Origin: a bacterium
GTDB lineage: Bacteria > UBP18 > UBA7526
Reading direction: 5' to 3'
Length of the DNA stretch: 40,190 nucleotides
NCBI GenBank assembly: GCA_030615855.1
Contig: JAUWYL010000008.1
Location: forward strand, 1 to 40,190
The notes under the pieces are model-generated. The model saw only the letters and a program-made list of their open reading frames with translations. It did not search any database and was not told the DNA's origin. Both the position numbers and the translations under genes were made by a program. This document shows, in pieces, positions 9,440 through 17,884 of this stretch. Within the stretch, counting starts at the first letter, position 1. Each line of letters opens with the position of its first letter.

Positions 9440-10524
9440 TCTCTCTTTCCTGATAACTCCTTATCTAATGCCTCGATAATCTCATCGACTCCCGCCTTTA
9501 CGGAGAGGGCGATCTGATTCTTCCCTCTCGGCGCCCATTCCGGGATGCTTGTGGGATCGAAGAGGGCGATTAATGGTTTCTTCAAAGCGCTGGCAATGTG
9601 CATGGGAGCGCTATCCAGGCCGAGATAGAGATTGCTTCTCTCAATTAAGGCGACCAGTTGTTTCAAGGTGATCTTCCCTGAAAGATCGACTGGAGTCTTT
9701 TTCATGAGGCTAATTATCTCTCTTACTCTTCTCATCTCCCTCTTTCCTGGACCAGAGGTGAAGATTACTTTGGAATGATACCTGTCAATGAGGTAGTCGC
9801 AGGCTTTAGCAAATCCTTCGTCCCTCCACTCTTTCTCTCTCCATCTTGAGACGGGATGGATAATGGCTAATATCTTCTCTTTCCCTATTCCCTTCTCCTT
9901 TAACAGACTTTCGATATGTCTCCTGTCTTCGTCAGAAACAAATATCTCAAGTTCCTTATTCTTGGTATCGATTCCCAGGTTTCTGACCACATTCAAATCG
10001 TGCTCTATGGTATGCTCTCTTATTCCCTTTAGTCTGGCAAGATGGGTGAACAGAAACCTCCTTCCCAGGGTTCCTTTCCCTTTGAAGTGCCAGTGGAAAA
10101 GGAGATACTCCAATTTAGGAAAGAGATTTTTAAAAGCGACCTTTTCTCTGGGAACATCGAAACTGGCTCTTATCTTTGCCCCACTGACAAAGGCGATCAC
10201 TGCCCCCCGATCTCCCCCTCCTAAATCTACAACCAAGTCAAACCTCTTATTCCTTATGCTCTTTGCCCAGTTGAGGCTTTCAGTAATCTTTTTTATTCTG
10301 GTCAATTTCTTTACGGAACGATCAAAGGTTAAGATCTCGTCGATCAGGGGATTCCCGGTAAGCATCTCTTCCGTCCCTTTATTCATCAGACAAGCAATAT
10401 GCGCTTTAGGAAATTTTTCCCTCAAGGCACGGACCGTGGGAACCATCAATAATACATCCCCAATATGCTTGAACTTTATAACCAGTATCCTTTGAACTTT
10501 GCTCAGATCTACTTTTTTGTCCAT
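9418..10524 (-). CDS. GT9 LPS heptosyltransferase (WaaQ/RfaQ-like)
   Basis: ILVIKFKHIGDVLL, FDLVVDL, IHPVSRW..KEW, GLDSAPMHIASAL. Start trimmed to MDKKVDL (10524) because the ORF-track extension reads through a GC-rich hairpin. Confidence 0.88.
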   Translation of the reverse strand: MDKKVDLSKVQRILVIKFKHIGDVLLMVPTVRALREKFPKAHIACLMNKGTEEMLTGNPLIDEILTFDRSVKKLTRIKKITESLNWAKSIRNKRFDLVVDLGGGDRGAVIAFVSGAKIRASFDVPREKVAFKNLFPKLEYLLFHWHFKGKGTLGRRFLFTHLARLKGIREHTIEHDLNVVRNLGIDTKNKELEIFVSDEDRRHIESLLKEKGIGKEKILAIIHPVSRWREKEWRDEGFAKACDYLIDRYHSKVIFTSGPGKREMRRVREIISLMKKTPVDLSGKITLKQLVALIERSNLYLGLDSAPMHIASALKKPLIALFDPTSIPEWAPRGKNQIALSVKAGVDEIIEALDKELSGKREWRETTS

Positions 10525-10529
10525 TGCTT

Positions 10530-10665
10530 TCCTATTTTGGGGTTTTTCAAAAACTGTGATAAGCGGGTGGCTCGGCAGATCTCTATGGGTGGGAGGATCC
10601 ACACCGGGCGGAGGGGCCCACGAAGAGAGAATGCCGAGGCAGGACCCGCTTCAGAATCCTATTTT
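10530..10665. repeat. GC-rich long hairpin flanked by a 9-bp direct repeat (candidate MITE or structured RNA)
   Basis: AAGCGGGT/ACCCGCTT and CTCGGCA/TGCCGAG stems; TCCTATTTT at 10530-10538 and 10657-10665. Confidence 0.55.
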
Positions 10666-11465
10666 TATATTCTGCTTTTTCCCAGTTTTAGATTCAAAAT
10701 AAAATGGAGTTTTGTATCGTAGCCTCGGATGAGTATCCTGCGCAGGAGAAAGGGGTCTTCGTTTCTACCATTCTTACCCGGAAGAGTAGAAAACGCCCCT
10801 AAATAGCCAGCCCCTTTCACCATCTCCTTAATTTTCGAATTGAATTTTCCGTAGGGATAGGCGAAGAAGATGATCGCTTCTCCTAATCTCTCCTCCAGTA
10901 TTCTTTTAGAATCCCTGATCTCAGATAGTACTTTATTCCGAGATAGTTCTAAGAGATTGGGGTGGGTGTGGGCATGGGAGCCGAAAGAGAATCCTTCTTT
11001 CTTCATCTCTTCAATCTCCTTCCAAGAGAGCATCTCCTCATTCCCCTTACTCCATCCATTCTTCTTACCCATATATCGGGTAACTAGAAATATAGTTGCC
11101 CTGAAATTATACCTTTTCAGGATGGGATAGGCATGGGTGAAGTTATCCTTATAGCCATCATCGAAGGTAAGGAGTACCGGTTTCTGGGGTAGGGTCCCCC
11201 TCCTCACTCTAACGACAGACGATGGACGAGCGTTCGCTTTGCTCACTAAGACGATGGACGATTTATCCCTTTGTTCCTCATCCCTCGTCTCTCGTCTCTC
11301 GTTCCTCGCCCCCTTAATAAACCTTAATAGATCATCGGGTGAGATAGTCTGATACCCTTTACCAGAAAGATATTCCATCTGGCTGGTAAACTTCTCCGGG
11401 CTTATTCTATACTTCTCCTTTTGGCCCGGGGAAACCTTATGATACATGAGAATAGGAATTTTCAT
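10665..11465 (-). CDS. Polysaccharide deacetylase (CE4/NodB) with a repeat-derived in-frame insertion
   Basis: PILMYHKV, LTFDDGY, FGSHAHTH, FAYPYG. Confidence 0.92.
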   Translation of the reverse strand: MKIPILMYHKVSPGQKEKYRISPEKFTSQMEYLSGKGYQTISPDDLLRFIKGARNERRETRDEEQRDKSSIVLVSKANARPSSVVRVRRGTLPQKPVLLTFDDGYKDNFTHAYPILKRYNFRATIFLVTRYMGKKNGWSKGNEEMLSWKEIEEMKKEGFSFGSHAHTHPNLLELSRNKVLSEIRDSKRILEERLGEAIIFFAYPYGKFNSKIKEMVKGAGYLGAFSTLPGKNGRNEDPFLLRRILIRGYDTKLHFILNLKLGKSRI

Positions 11466-11469
11466 CCCT

Positions 11470-11722
11470 CCCTCGCTAACGCTCGGAGTGATCCGTGATC
11501 GGTGATCTGTGATCAGTTCTAAGGGTTATTAGATAATCCGGCGATCGGGGACTGGGGGACCCGGATAGACGCCAAACAAGTTGGCTAAATTCTTCGCAGT
11601 GCTCAGAATGCCGGAGACCCGGATAACCTAGTCCCAGATAACCTGCGGGCACCCCGATAGCATCGGGGTCGGGATAGCCTTATTCTGTTCACGGTTCACG
11701 GTTCACTGATCACTGTTCACTG
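11470..11722. repeat. Composite intergenic element: heptamer arms enclosing the 47-bp core and a CCCCGAT hairpin
   Basis: (GTGATCN)x4 left arm, (TTCAC[G/T]G)x5 right arm, core at 11565-11611, hairpin at 11651-11669. Confidence 0.8.
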
Positions 11723-12460
11723 TTTGCTACTTCTCTCCCATAATCTAGCATACTTACTGAAAGTATAGAAGGAATGGCAGAGAGCTAAAATCAGGCCATG
11801 GATACCATCCAAGAAGCCCCTTTTTATAATATACATCTTGAAGAAGGTGAAAGGAGGGTGAAAGAAAACCTGATGCCATCCTGCTTTTCCTTCCCTCTCT
11901 TCTATGGCCAATTTAGCATATTTATCCATCCTCTTTAGGTATTCACCTATGGACTTGGCAGTGAAGTGCTCTATCGCGCCTTTAAGATAATCCTTTTTGC
12001 CCTCTACCTGGACCGCCTCATGAACCACCCGCTCATTAAACCCTCCTTTCCCCTTCTTGAAAAGCCTCAAGTGGTAGTCTGGATACCAACCAGAATGTCT
12101 CATCCACATTCCCAAGAAGTAGGCCTTATTGGGAATGTAACAGCCGTTACATTCTTTTCTTTGAATAGCCTCTTTTATCTCCTGAGCCAGCTCCTTGGTA
12201 ACTCTCTCATCGGCATCAATATTCAATATCCATTCTCCAGTCGTCTTCTCCAAAGCGAGGTTCTTCTGCCTTCCATATCCCATCCATTCCTTCTGGAATA
12301 TCTTATCCGTATATTCCTTGGCAATCTCTACTGTTTTATCATTAGAAAAGGAATCAACGATGATGATCTCATCCGCCCACTTCACGCTCTCCAGACAATC
12401 CCTGATATTTTCTTCTTCGTTCTTAGTGATAATGATTACAGAGATCTTAGCCACTTTCAT
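11717..12460 (-). CDS. GT2 glycosyltransferase (WaaE/KdtX-like)
   Basis: ISVIIITKNEE.NI.DCLESV, VDSFS.D, WIL.IDADE, WYPD..LRLF, VHE, GFLDG..GL. Confidence 0.92.
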   Translation of the reverse strand: MKVAKISVIIITKNEEENIRDCLESVKWADEIIIVDSFSNDKTVEIAKEYTDKIFQKEWMGYGRQKNLALEKTTGEWILNIDADERVTKELAQEIKEAIQRKECNGCYIPNKAYFLGMWMRHSGWYPDYHLRLFKKGKGGFNERVVHEAVQVEGKKDYLKGAIEHFTAKSIGEYLKRMDKYAKLAIEEREGKAGWHQVFFHPPFTFFKMYIIKRGFLDGIHGLILALCHSFYTFSKYARLWERSSKQ

Positions 12461-12480
12461 TTCTCCTTTAGGTAGAAATG

Positions 12481-12720
12481 AGTTAACAGTTTACAGCGAA
12501 CAGTTTACAGTAAAAAAACTAAAAGAGTATCAGAGCACCAGAACATCAGATGGAGAAGGACAGATATCAGAATTCAGATTAAATCTGACATTCTGACCCT
12601 CTGAATTCTCACTCTGATGTTCTGCATTCTGAGCACCACGAAGAATTTAGCCAGCTTGTCTGGCGTCTATACTGACATTCTATGGTTTTACTGGTTACTG
12701 TTAACTGGTTACTGGTTACT
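12481..12720. repeat. ~240-bp composite element, copy A
   Basis: 12501-12714 aligns to the reverse complement of 37182-37394 at about 87% by hand count. Confidence 0.9.
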
Positions 12721-13740
12721 TTGGCATTCACGGCTTAGATATGTTTTCGCTGCTCGGAGGACATCTTCAACAGTGATTGCTTTGAAACAGGCAAGGCTTC
12801 TACATTTCCTTCTGAAGCAGGGGCTGCAGGGAACTTTCTTATAGATGATGCTACAATCCTTCTTTCTCCAGGGGCCAGTCTTCTGGGGATCGGATGAGCC
12901 AAATAAAGCAATAATGGGGGTCTTAGTAGTGGAGGCGATCTGCAAGGGACCACTATCATTAGTAATAAAGAGGTGACATCTCTCGATTAATGCCCTGAGT
13001 TGCTTGAGGGATGTCTTTCCTACCACATTTATTGGATTAGCGGTCATCTTATCTATAATCTTCTGAACAAGGGGGAGATCGTTCTTTTCCCCAAAGAGAA
13101 CTACTCTGGCTCTATAATTTTTTATTAAACGATCTGCTAAAGTAGCGTATCTCTCAGGAAACCATCTCTTGGCTGGGCCAAAATAGGCACCAGAGAAGAT
13201 GCCGATGAGTGGATCGCCCTCTTTATAGCCATTCTCGATTAGAAAGTTTCCCACCCATCCTCTGGCCTCTCTATCTTCGGCCATGAAGACCTCTTTTCCT
13301 TCTATCTCCACTCCCAAGGCCTTTATTAATCCCAAGAAGAAGTCTACCTCATGTTGAGTCCCTTTAGAACGTTTAACTACCTCAGTTAAGAAAAGATTAC
13401 GTAAACTATGGGAATACCCTACCCTCTCTGGAATTCTTGCCAGAGATAGGAGGATGGCTGGTTCATAAGAGGTGGACTGCATAATGATTCCTAGGTCAAA
13501 TTTCTTCTCTCTTAAAGTTCTAATGAGCTCAATCTTCTCTTTTAGGCTTCTTTTTCGTCTGCAAGTGATCAACTCATCGATATCTGGGTTTCCTTGGTAT
13601 ATTTCAGCCACCTTTTCCGGAACTAAAAGACTAATCTTTGCTTTTGGAAAACCACTTCTTAAAGTAGATAGGGCAGGAGTAATGAAGATAGCATCCCCCA
13701 CCCAGTTTACTCCCTTTACCAATATTTTCTTATATTCCAT
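12709..13740 (-). CDS. waaF: ADP-heptose:LPS heptosyltransferase II (GT9)
   Basis: NWVGDA, GA.FGPAKRW, TNDSGP, LFGSSDP..TGP, C.PCF.R.C. Confidence 0.85.
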   Translation of the reverse strand: MEYKKILVKGVNWVGDAIFITPALSTLRSGFPKAKISLLVPEKVAEIYQGNPDIDELITCRRKRSLKEKIELIRTLREKKFDLGIIMQSTSYEPAILLSLARIPERVGYSHSLRNLFLTEVVKRSKGTQHEVDFFLGLIKALGVEIEGKEVFMAEDREARGWVGNFLIENGYKEGDPLIGIFSGAYFGPAKRWFPERYATLADRLIKNYRARVVLFGEKNDLPLVQKIIDKMTANPINVVGKTSLKQLRALIERCHLFITNDSGPLQIASTTKTPIIALFGSSDPQKTGPWRKKDCSIIYKKVPCSPCFRRKCRSLACFKAITVEDVLRAAKTYLSRECQSNQ

Positions 13741-13816
13741 TAAGAAATCTCTTGCTTCTTTAGGTTACGTCTGGAGGTTACGGCAACGAGGCCCGTATCA
13801 AATGATATGTTGCAAT

Positions 13817-13940
13817 ATTAAAAATCAAAATGTAAAAATTAAAATGACAATGCAAAATGTAAAATTTTCTAAGATTTAGGATTTATTGATTTTGATATTT
13901 AATATGTCATTTTGATATTTGATTTTTAATATTTGATTTT
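13817..13940. repeat. AT-rich heptamer inverted-arm repeat
   Basis: AAAATCAAAATGTAAAAATTAAAATGACA ... TGTCATTTTGATATTTGATTTTTAAT. Confidence 0.8.
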
Positions 13941-13954
13941 CTTACATGGCCGAA

Positions 13955-15043
13955 TTAGAGCATTCTTTCTAAGATCTCTTGGTCTTTGGTAATCTTCAGT
14001 TCTATCTTTAAGGCAAGAATGGATTCATTCTCTAATAATGGCTCAAGGCGCACCCCATCCTTCTGGGTGGTAATGATGAGACAGCCCCTGGCCTTAGTGG
14101 TAATCTCTTTCAGGTCTTCTTTAGTATAGGGATGGTGGTCGGAATAACGAAGTCTCTTCATAATGATTGCCCTCAGATCCTCCAATGTCTTTTCAAAGGA
14201 TTCTGGATGGGCGATACTCGATAAAGCAAGGACCTCTTTATCCTCTATAAATTCTAAGTCGACCTTCCTCTTGCTCTTCAAACCTTCTAAGTAGCAGGGG
14301 GCGTGGATGCTCTCCAGAATGGGAGCAAAGGGATTAATACTTCTTATTCTATTCTTCAAACCCTCTAAATTCCCTGCCTGATCCGTCCTGGTCAAGATGT
14401 AAAGGTCTGCCCTCTTAACGCTTCTTAAAGACTCTCTCAGTATTCCTCGCGGCAGAAGGTGTCCATTGCCAAAGGGATTAAGACTATCAATGAGTAAAAT
14501 ATCCAAATCGCGTTCCAACCTCTGGTACTGGAATCCATCATCTAAGATAAAGGTCTCTGTGTCAAAATTAGCTAGACAGTAATTCCCGCTCGCAATGCGA
14601 TTCTTTCCTACGACTATTGGGACTCCGGATAAGTTCTGAGCCAAGAGGTACGGCTCATCTCCCCCCTCCTTCGCTGACAACAATATCTTTCTTCCGTCAC
14701 TCACCACTGCTATCTTCCGATTGGTAATTGGGAATTGGGAATTGGGAATTTTCCTTTTATATCCCCTACTCAATATGGCTGTCTTTCTCCCCTTCTCTTG
14801 AAGAAGCCTTGCTATTCTTTCAACTGCAGGGGTCTTTCCCGTTCCCCCTACAGTCAGATTTCCAATACTAATCACCCTTGCCTTTAACTTTAGTCTCTTT
14901 AAAATTCGTACTCGATAGAGAAACCGGATAACCTGAAGACCCAAATAGTATATCCCAGATAGAATCAAAAATATAAGGCGCAACGAAGAAGCAAAGACAC
15001 CCTTTCTCCCATCTAAAATAATGCTCAACAAATACTTCTCCAT
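13955..15043 (-). CDS. lpxK: Tetraacyldisaccharide 4'-kinase
   Basis: ISIGNLTVGGTGKTP, LSRGY, GDEPYLLA, LDDGFQ, LLPRGILRE, DHH, TTQKD. Confidence 0.96.
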   Translation of the reverse strand: MEKYLLSIILDGRKGVFASSLRLIFLILSGIYYLGLQVIRFLYRVRILKRLKLKARVISIGNLTVGGTGKTPAVERIARLLQEKGRKTAILSRGYKRKIPNSQFPITNRKIAVVSDGRKILLSAKEGGDEPYLLAQNLSGVPIVVGKNRIASGNYCLANFDTETFILDDGFQYQRLERDLDILLIDSLNPFGNGHLLPRGILRESLRSVKRADLYILTRTDQAGNLEGLKNRIRSINPFAPILESIHAPCYLEGLKSKRKVDLEFIEDKEVLALSSIAHPESFEKTLEDLRAIIMKRLRYSDHHPYTKEDLKEITTKARGCLIITTQKDGVRLEPLLENESILALKIELKITKDQEILERML

Positions 15044-15083
15044 TTTCAGTTTTACTTTCCTACTCTTCTACTCTTTTACTTTC

Positions 15084-15998
15084 CTACTTTTCTGGTGGTT
15101 GGCTCTTCCACCTATTATGCATCCACCACCACTGAGAGGGATATTTTCTAACATACCTTTCGATGACCTTGGTAAGTCTTTGAGTATTGGTTATCAAATC
15201 TTTCTCCTTATTCCCAGTATTAACCAAAGGGACCTCGGGCTCTATGATTAACCGATGCTTCTTTCTTTCTTCTCTAATGATGCACATGGGCACAAGAGGG
15301 GCCCCGGTTCTCTGGGCAAAGACTACTGGGCCAGCGGGAGCAGAAGCCGATCTTCCAAAGAAATCAACGAATACCCCTTCTTTCCCGGCATTCTGATCGA
15401 TGGGAATAATAAGAACTTCCTCTCTTTTTAACGAGGCTAAAGCTTTCTTAATTGCCAGGCTTTTTGGTTTAGGAAGAACGGTTCCCATATTTGAGCGGTC
15501 GCGCAGTTCCTGCATGAACCGAGCCACTCTCTTATCCTTAGGGACCTTAGCTATAACACTCGCCGGATAGCCTTCGTTGGCTATTTTTCGCAGCAGAAGA
15601 GTAATATTCCCAATATGGCCTATAATTGCAACCGCTCCCCTCCCCTTAGCTAAGGCTTTATCCAGATTCTCCTTTCCCTCAATGGCTAAGAGATGGGCGT
15701 ATCTCTTTCCATACTTCATTACTCGGAGCATCTCAAAGCCACCCTGAGCGATATGGCAATAATTCTCTTTTATTATTCTCTTTAGTTCTGGAGGGGATTT
15801 TTCTTTCCCCAGGGCCATTCTGATATTCTCCAGACCTATCTTACGATGCCTCCGGTCAATATAATAAGCCAGGTGACCAATACATCTCCCTCCCCAGAGA
15901 AGGAGGCTAAGGGGAAGGATCTTTACGGGAAGAAGGATGGTGTATAGGACGAGCCCTCCCGCACCATATCTTATCTTATCCCTTAGCTTTTTTAGCAT
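15084..15998 (-). CDS. Lipid A secondary acyltransferase family protein (LpxL/HtrB-like), paralogue 4 in transcription order
   Basis: IEGKENL.KAL.KG.G, GHIGN, DQ...GVFVDFFG, YPSQWWWMHNRWK. Confidence 0.85.
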   Translation of the reverse strand: MLKKLRDKIRYGAGGLVLYTILLPVKILPLSLLLWGGRCIGHLAYYIDRRHRKIGLENIRMALGKEKSPPELKRIIKENYCHIAQGGFEMLRVMKYGKRYAHLLAIEGKENLDKALAKGRGAVAIIGHIGNITLLLRKIANEGYPASVIAKVPKDKRVARFMQELRDRSNMGTVLPKPKSLAIKKALASLKREEVLIIPIDQNAGKEGVFVDFFGRSASAPAGPVVFAQRTGAPLVPMCIIREERKKHRLIIEPEVPLVNTGNKEKDLITNTQRLTKVIERYVRKYPSQWWWMHNRWKSQPPEK

Positions 15999-16935
15999 TC
16001 ATCTCCTCTCTTCTCTTGGCCAGCCCCCGCCACCTCTTATAGATCCAGAAATATTGGGTGGGGTATCTTCTCACATAATCCTCGATAATCTTAGTAAATT
16101 TCTGGGTATTGATTAAGATATCCTTCTCCTTATCTCCGGTCAGTTCTAACTCTACTGGTGGATCGATGACTATGGTATATCCTTCATTCCCTTTCTTTCG
16201 TACAACAAACATGGGAAGAAGAGTGGCGCCGCTTCTCTTTGCTAGAGTAACTGTTCCCGGGGCCGTGGGTGCTGGCTGGCCGAAGAAGTCCACCCAGATG
16301 GCTCCCTTATCTTCAAAGAAGTTCCTATCCTGCTGGAGATAGAGGATCTTATTCTCCCTTAACCATCTCAAGGATTCTTTTACTGCTCGATGGGCTGGTA
16401 GGGCAGGAATGGAATGGATATTTATTCCTTTCTGCATATCTTTAATGAGTCGGGCTACCTTCTTATCCCGAACCTCCCGATAGAGAACGCCGAGGGGATA
16501 ACCCTCCTGGACTAATTTAGTGCCCAGAAGCATGAAGTTCCCCAGATGACCAGAGATGGTCATTATTCCCTTCCCCTTAGCTAAGGCCTTATCCAAATTC
16601 TCTTTTCCCTCAATGGTGAACATGCGATCAATAGTTTCTTGAGAGAGGCGATAACAGCGAAGTAATTCCACACTATACCTTGTTAAGTTATGGTAGATCC
16701 CTTTGGCGATCCTCTTTAGCTCTTCTTCAGATTTCTCTTTTCCAAAGGCAAGGTTCAGGTTCTTAAAGACCGTTTGATGATAGAGCCTTATGAGCCAGGC
16801 GAAATTGGCCATGCCCCGAGCAAAGAGATAGGCCATTCTCCAGGACATAGCGTTTATTAGCCAGATAGTAAACTTCAAAAGTATTCTATAGACAATCCAG
16901 TACTTCCATTCTCTTTTAATAAGCCTTCGTCTCAC
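15976..16935 (-). CDS. LpxL/HtrB-like acyltransferase, paralogue 3
   Basis: GHLGN, VDFFG.PA.T..G, YPTQYFWIYKRW. Confidence 0.85.
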   Translation of the reverse strand: MRRRLIKREWKYWIVYRILLKFTIWLINAMSWRMAYLFARGMANFAWLIRLYHQTVFKNLNLAFGKEKSEEELKRIAKGIYHNLTRYSVELLRCYRLSQETIDRMFTIEGKENLDKALAKGKGIMTISGHLGNFMLLGTKLVQEGYPLGVLYREVRDKKVARLIKDMQKGINIHSIPALPAHRAVKESLRWLRENKILYLQQDRNFFEDKGAIWVDFFGQPAPTAPGTVTLAKRSGATLLPMFVVRKKGNEGYTIVIDPPVELELTGDKEKDILINTQKFTKIIEDYVRRYPTQYFWIYKRWRGLAKRREEMNAKKAKG

Positions 16936-17867
16936 CTCTGTGTCCTCTGTGTTTCTTTCTGTGTCCTCTGCGGTACTGTCTTCCAGCGCTTATAGGTCCA
17001 GAGCCACTGCTCGGGATATTTTCTAACGTAGGATTCAATAATCTTAGTAAACTTAGCACTATTTACCAAAATGTCTTTTTCTTTATTACCGGTTACTTCT
17101 AACTCTACGGGAGGACCAAAGATAATTCTGTGTCTATTATCCACTTTTCTAACAACGAACATGGGCAGAATAGCAGCTCCGGTTCTCTTAGCCAATACTA
17201 CCGGCCCGATTGGGGTTGCTGCGGGATAACCAAAGAAATCGACAAAGACCCCTTGAGGAGAATCACGGTCTGCCTGGATGCAGAGAACCTTATTCTTCCT
17301 TAGCCATTTTAAGGATTGGCGAACTGAAGCATAAGAAGGAGAAGTGGGTATAAGGTCAATCCCTAAGTGGCGTCCAATATTAAAGAAGAGTTTTACTACT
17401 CTGGCATCACTTGCTCCATAAATGAAAGAGGCACAGGAATAACCTTCCTGAGCCAATTTAGCGCCCATCAAGGGGAAATTGCCCAGATGACCAGAGAGTC
17501 CGATCACCCCTTTTCCTCGAGCCAGAGCAGTATTTAAATATTCTCTTCCCTGGATAGTAAATATTCTATCGATCTCTGTCTGGGAAAATTTGAAGACGCG
17601 TAATAGCTCACAGATGTTTTTAGCAATATTGCGGTAGGTCTCCCGAGCAATGGCTCTAATTTCATGAGAATCCTTCTCTCTTCCGAAAGCGCGATTAAGA
17701 TTATTAAAAACTATTTGACGCCTGACACCCAGTATCCAGGCCAAGCCAGCCAGACCATTTGCCAGGCCATACATCATCCTTAGGGGTAGAATATTTATCA
17801 GAGCAATAACCATCTTAAGCGCTACCCATCCTATCTTATGTTTGATCCACCTTCTCACCTTTTTCAT
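16932..17867 (-). CDS. LpxL/HtrB-like acyltransferase, paralogue 2
   Basis: GHLGN, GVFVDFFG.PAATP.GP, YPEQWLWTYKRWK. Confidence 0.85.
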   Translation of the reverse strand: MKKVRRWIKHKIGWVALKMVIALINILPLRMMYGLANGLAGLAWILGVRRQIVFNNLNRAFGREKDSHEIRAIARETYRNIAKNICELLRVFKFSQTEIDRIFTIQGREYLNTALARGKGVIGLSGHLGNFPLMGAKLAQEGYSCASFIYGASDARVVKLFFNIGRHLGIDLIPTSPSYASVRQSLKWLRKNKVLCIQADRDSPQGVFVDFFGYPAATPIGPVVLAKRTGAAILPMFVVRKVDNRHRIIFGPPVELEVTGNKEKDILVNSAKFTKIIESYVRKYPEQWLWTYKRWKTVPQRTQKETQRTQR

Positions 17868-17884
17868 CCTAATATCCTTCCAGC

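Noticed and set aside
10561-10651. Assignment of the hairpin to SRP RNA, a tRNA or a known riboswitch
   Set aside because: I could not identify the conserved motifs of these RNAs on either strand, so it is left as an unassigned structure.
10525-10722. N-terminal extension of the GT9 ORF and small ORFs 10465..10722 and 10499..10702
   Set aside because: They translate the GC-rich hairpin; GT9 homology starts near MDKKVDL (10524).
11488-12720. Possible CRISPR array
   Set aside because: There are no regularly spaced 23-47-bp repeats with unique spacers and no cas genes. The repeats are tandem 6-10-mers or dispersed copies.
12195-12844. ORFs 12195..12596 and 12617..12844 reading through the 240-bp element as possible cargo genes
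   Set aside because: They are low-complexity translations of repeat units (e.g. LLLTGYWLL), overlap real genes on the opposite strand, and show no transposase motifs.
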